DNA of 64,000 nt from Ascidiella aspersa (taxonomy: Eukaryota). The notes under the pieces were generated by a model. That model did no database searches, was not told the origin of the DNA, and was given only the letters and a program-made list of their open reading frames with translations. The position numbers and the translations under genes were made by a program. Below are positions 62,162-64,000 of the stretch, piece after piece. Numbering within the stretch: position 1 is the first letter of the stretch; each line of letters starts with the position of its first letter. The stretch lies in assembly GCA_963924565.1 (NCBI GenBank), contig OZ004613.1:11222001-11286000 (forward strand). Direction: 5' to 3'.

Positions 62162-64000
62162 CCTTAGTTTGACAGGCGCCGTTAGGACGCCGCCGTTTTG
62201 GCACAGGATTTTTGTCCCTTTATGAGTTAATGAGGATTAATGGTGGGGTTTACAAATTGGGTTAGGGTTAAAATTATTAACAGGGTTTGCGATGTACCTA
62301 GGTTTGGTTTTAGGGTTAGGTAGAATATTGTATCGGTTAATCTGATCATTTAGGTCATATTCCGACTGTTTAGAACTTATGACGATTTAGGCGTTATTAT
62401 GACTATTGTAGGTATTAGTCCTATTTTGGTCTTATTACAAATTGTGTTTTATTCCGACTTAAATGTTGGTCTCATTTTGTTCTTATGGACTCCTAAATGC
62501 TCTCCCTAGATTATAGAGTCCTTACATTTGATTTTTTAGCATGAAACGCAAAGTTATGTTGTTTACTGACGGTAATTTCAACGCAATTGCACATTCTGCT
62601 CCAACATGACATTCCGCTGCATGAAATATTGTTATTGGTTTGTCCACCTGTTTTAATTTCTAAATTATGTCGCCTATTGCTACAAAGTATTTTCACAAGT
62701 TGCAGTTTTGTTTTAATTTATACAATCAAGTGAAATTGAACTTACAATCGAGTGCATGGAACAATTAAAACATTTGAGGTTAAGGTTTCGTTCTAGATTA
62801 AAAATCGACAACGAAAATAAAAACAATTTTCGTTTAATGACTTCTATTGGACGTAATGCAAGTAAAGTAAAAATATCCTTGATAAGCAAGAGAATACATA
62901 TTACCGACTCATCGAAGTAAAATATTTCCCACTGCTACCAATATAGAGGGATTAAAATTTGTTTTAAATAATACGGTGAGTAGGCTACAACTATCTGTAT
63001 TTGCAGGATACAGCAGGCGAGCGATCCTCTCGAGTGGAACAGGATGTTTTCCACAGAGTATATTGGCACACATGCTCGTGATGCGAATGCAATTACTAAC
63101 ATCACGATAGCACTTCTTCCTAAATCGCATAGTTATTTTTAGCTCTTGCGTCAGGAAGACTTTGTTGTGGAGTATGATCTCTCTTCCTTTCTGTATAGCT
63201 ACAAACATATTGCGCATCTTGACGCATGGGATATTGCTGTTATGAACTAAGCATCTTTGTGAAGACCCCGAAACATATTGCCAAACAACTTAATATTGTA
63301 GAACATTGGATCTTTTTTTTTTCAGGCTGCCGAACACTAAAAAACGAAAATTATGTTCTCCGTACAATGTACTAAAACTATAACTTAACATTCACTTTTA
63401 CACGGCAAGGAATTAGATAAATAATATATTGAGTTGTTACAAAATTTGCTTGTAGCATACCATTTTTGTCACATGTTTTGAAACATACGCTAGAAAGCCC
63501 TGAATTATTCTAACTAGAGAACTACGAGCGTCTAAAACAAATCGAAACGGGTGTGTACTTCGTAGGTGTGCCGCCGAATTTTTATCTCTTTTAGTGTACC
63601 GTACTGCAAGTGAAAAAGGTTGCGGAGCACTGGTATAAATAAACATCTATTTCATTAGGTTTACTGCTCCGCAACCTTTTTAAAACACAACTAACAATCT
63701 TGTTTTAAAGCTAATAATTCAAGTAAGGAGGATCAACCTATTCTCCATAACATCGCTGGAAGAACAGCAATTAGTAGCTTTTTATTAGGTAAGTTGTTTT
63801 AATCAGTGACCATTTTTGCCAATGTATTGTCGTGTTCGCATAATTTTTGTTTTGCTAGCATTGAGTCTTTTGTGCTATATGAAATAATTGCTATTTAAAT
63901 ATCTACGGTTTATTACGATTAAGACGTGTTAAGGTTAACAAACGCTACAACACAAAGATTATTTTGTCTAAGCTTACGTTTCCAGCGTCGCGTTGTGCCT

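Noticed and set aside
1-64000. CRISPR array, tRNA or rRNA genes, prokaryotic systems
   Set aside because: No repeat-spacer pattern or recognisable structural RNA seen; introns and polyA signals indicate eukaryotic DNA.

Overview
AT-rich eukaryotic (animal) genomic DNA. The short GT-AG introns and the peptide-precursor layout suggest a tunicate or other marine invertebrate, which is inference. Two systems dominate. (1) A tandemly duplicated cluster of four 5-exon genes (CDS starts 764, 30406, 41212, 54218). Each encodes a ~110-aa secreted precursor: signal peptide, poly-Arg/amphipathic cationic peptide with one Cys pair, then an acidic C-terminal propiece. These are putative antimicrobial peptides. 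(2) A complete 17.1-kb Polinton/Maverick (adintovirus-like) element at 3409-20493, inserted downstream of the first copy. It has AGTAGT termini, ~620-bp TIRs and a 6-bp TSD confirmed by empty paralogous sites. It carries a tightly packed, intronless virion cassette (ATPase, core proteins, integrase, minor and major capsid proteins, protease). Its minus-strand protein-primed DNA polymerase gene can be rebuilt by hand as ~17 exons. One intron splits catalytic motif B. About 15 more introns build a ~600-aa N-terminal extension with tandem SUMO-interaction-motif repeats, zinc fingers, NLSs and putative viral-protease sites. The remainder is non-coding repeat mosaic: MITE-like pieces, a solo LTR, a 10-bp minisatellite, a 1.11-kb tandem array and one N gap.
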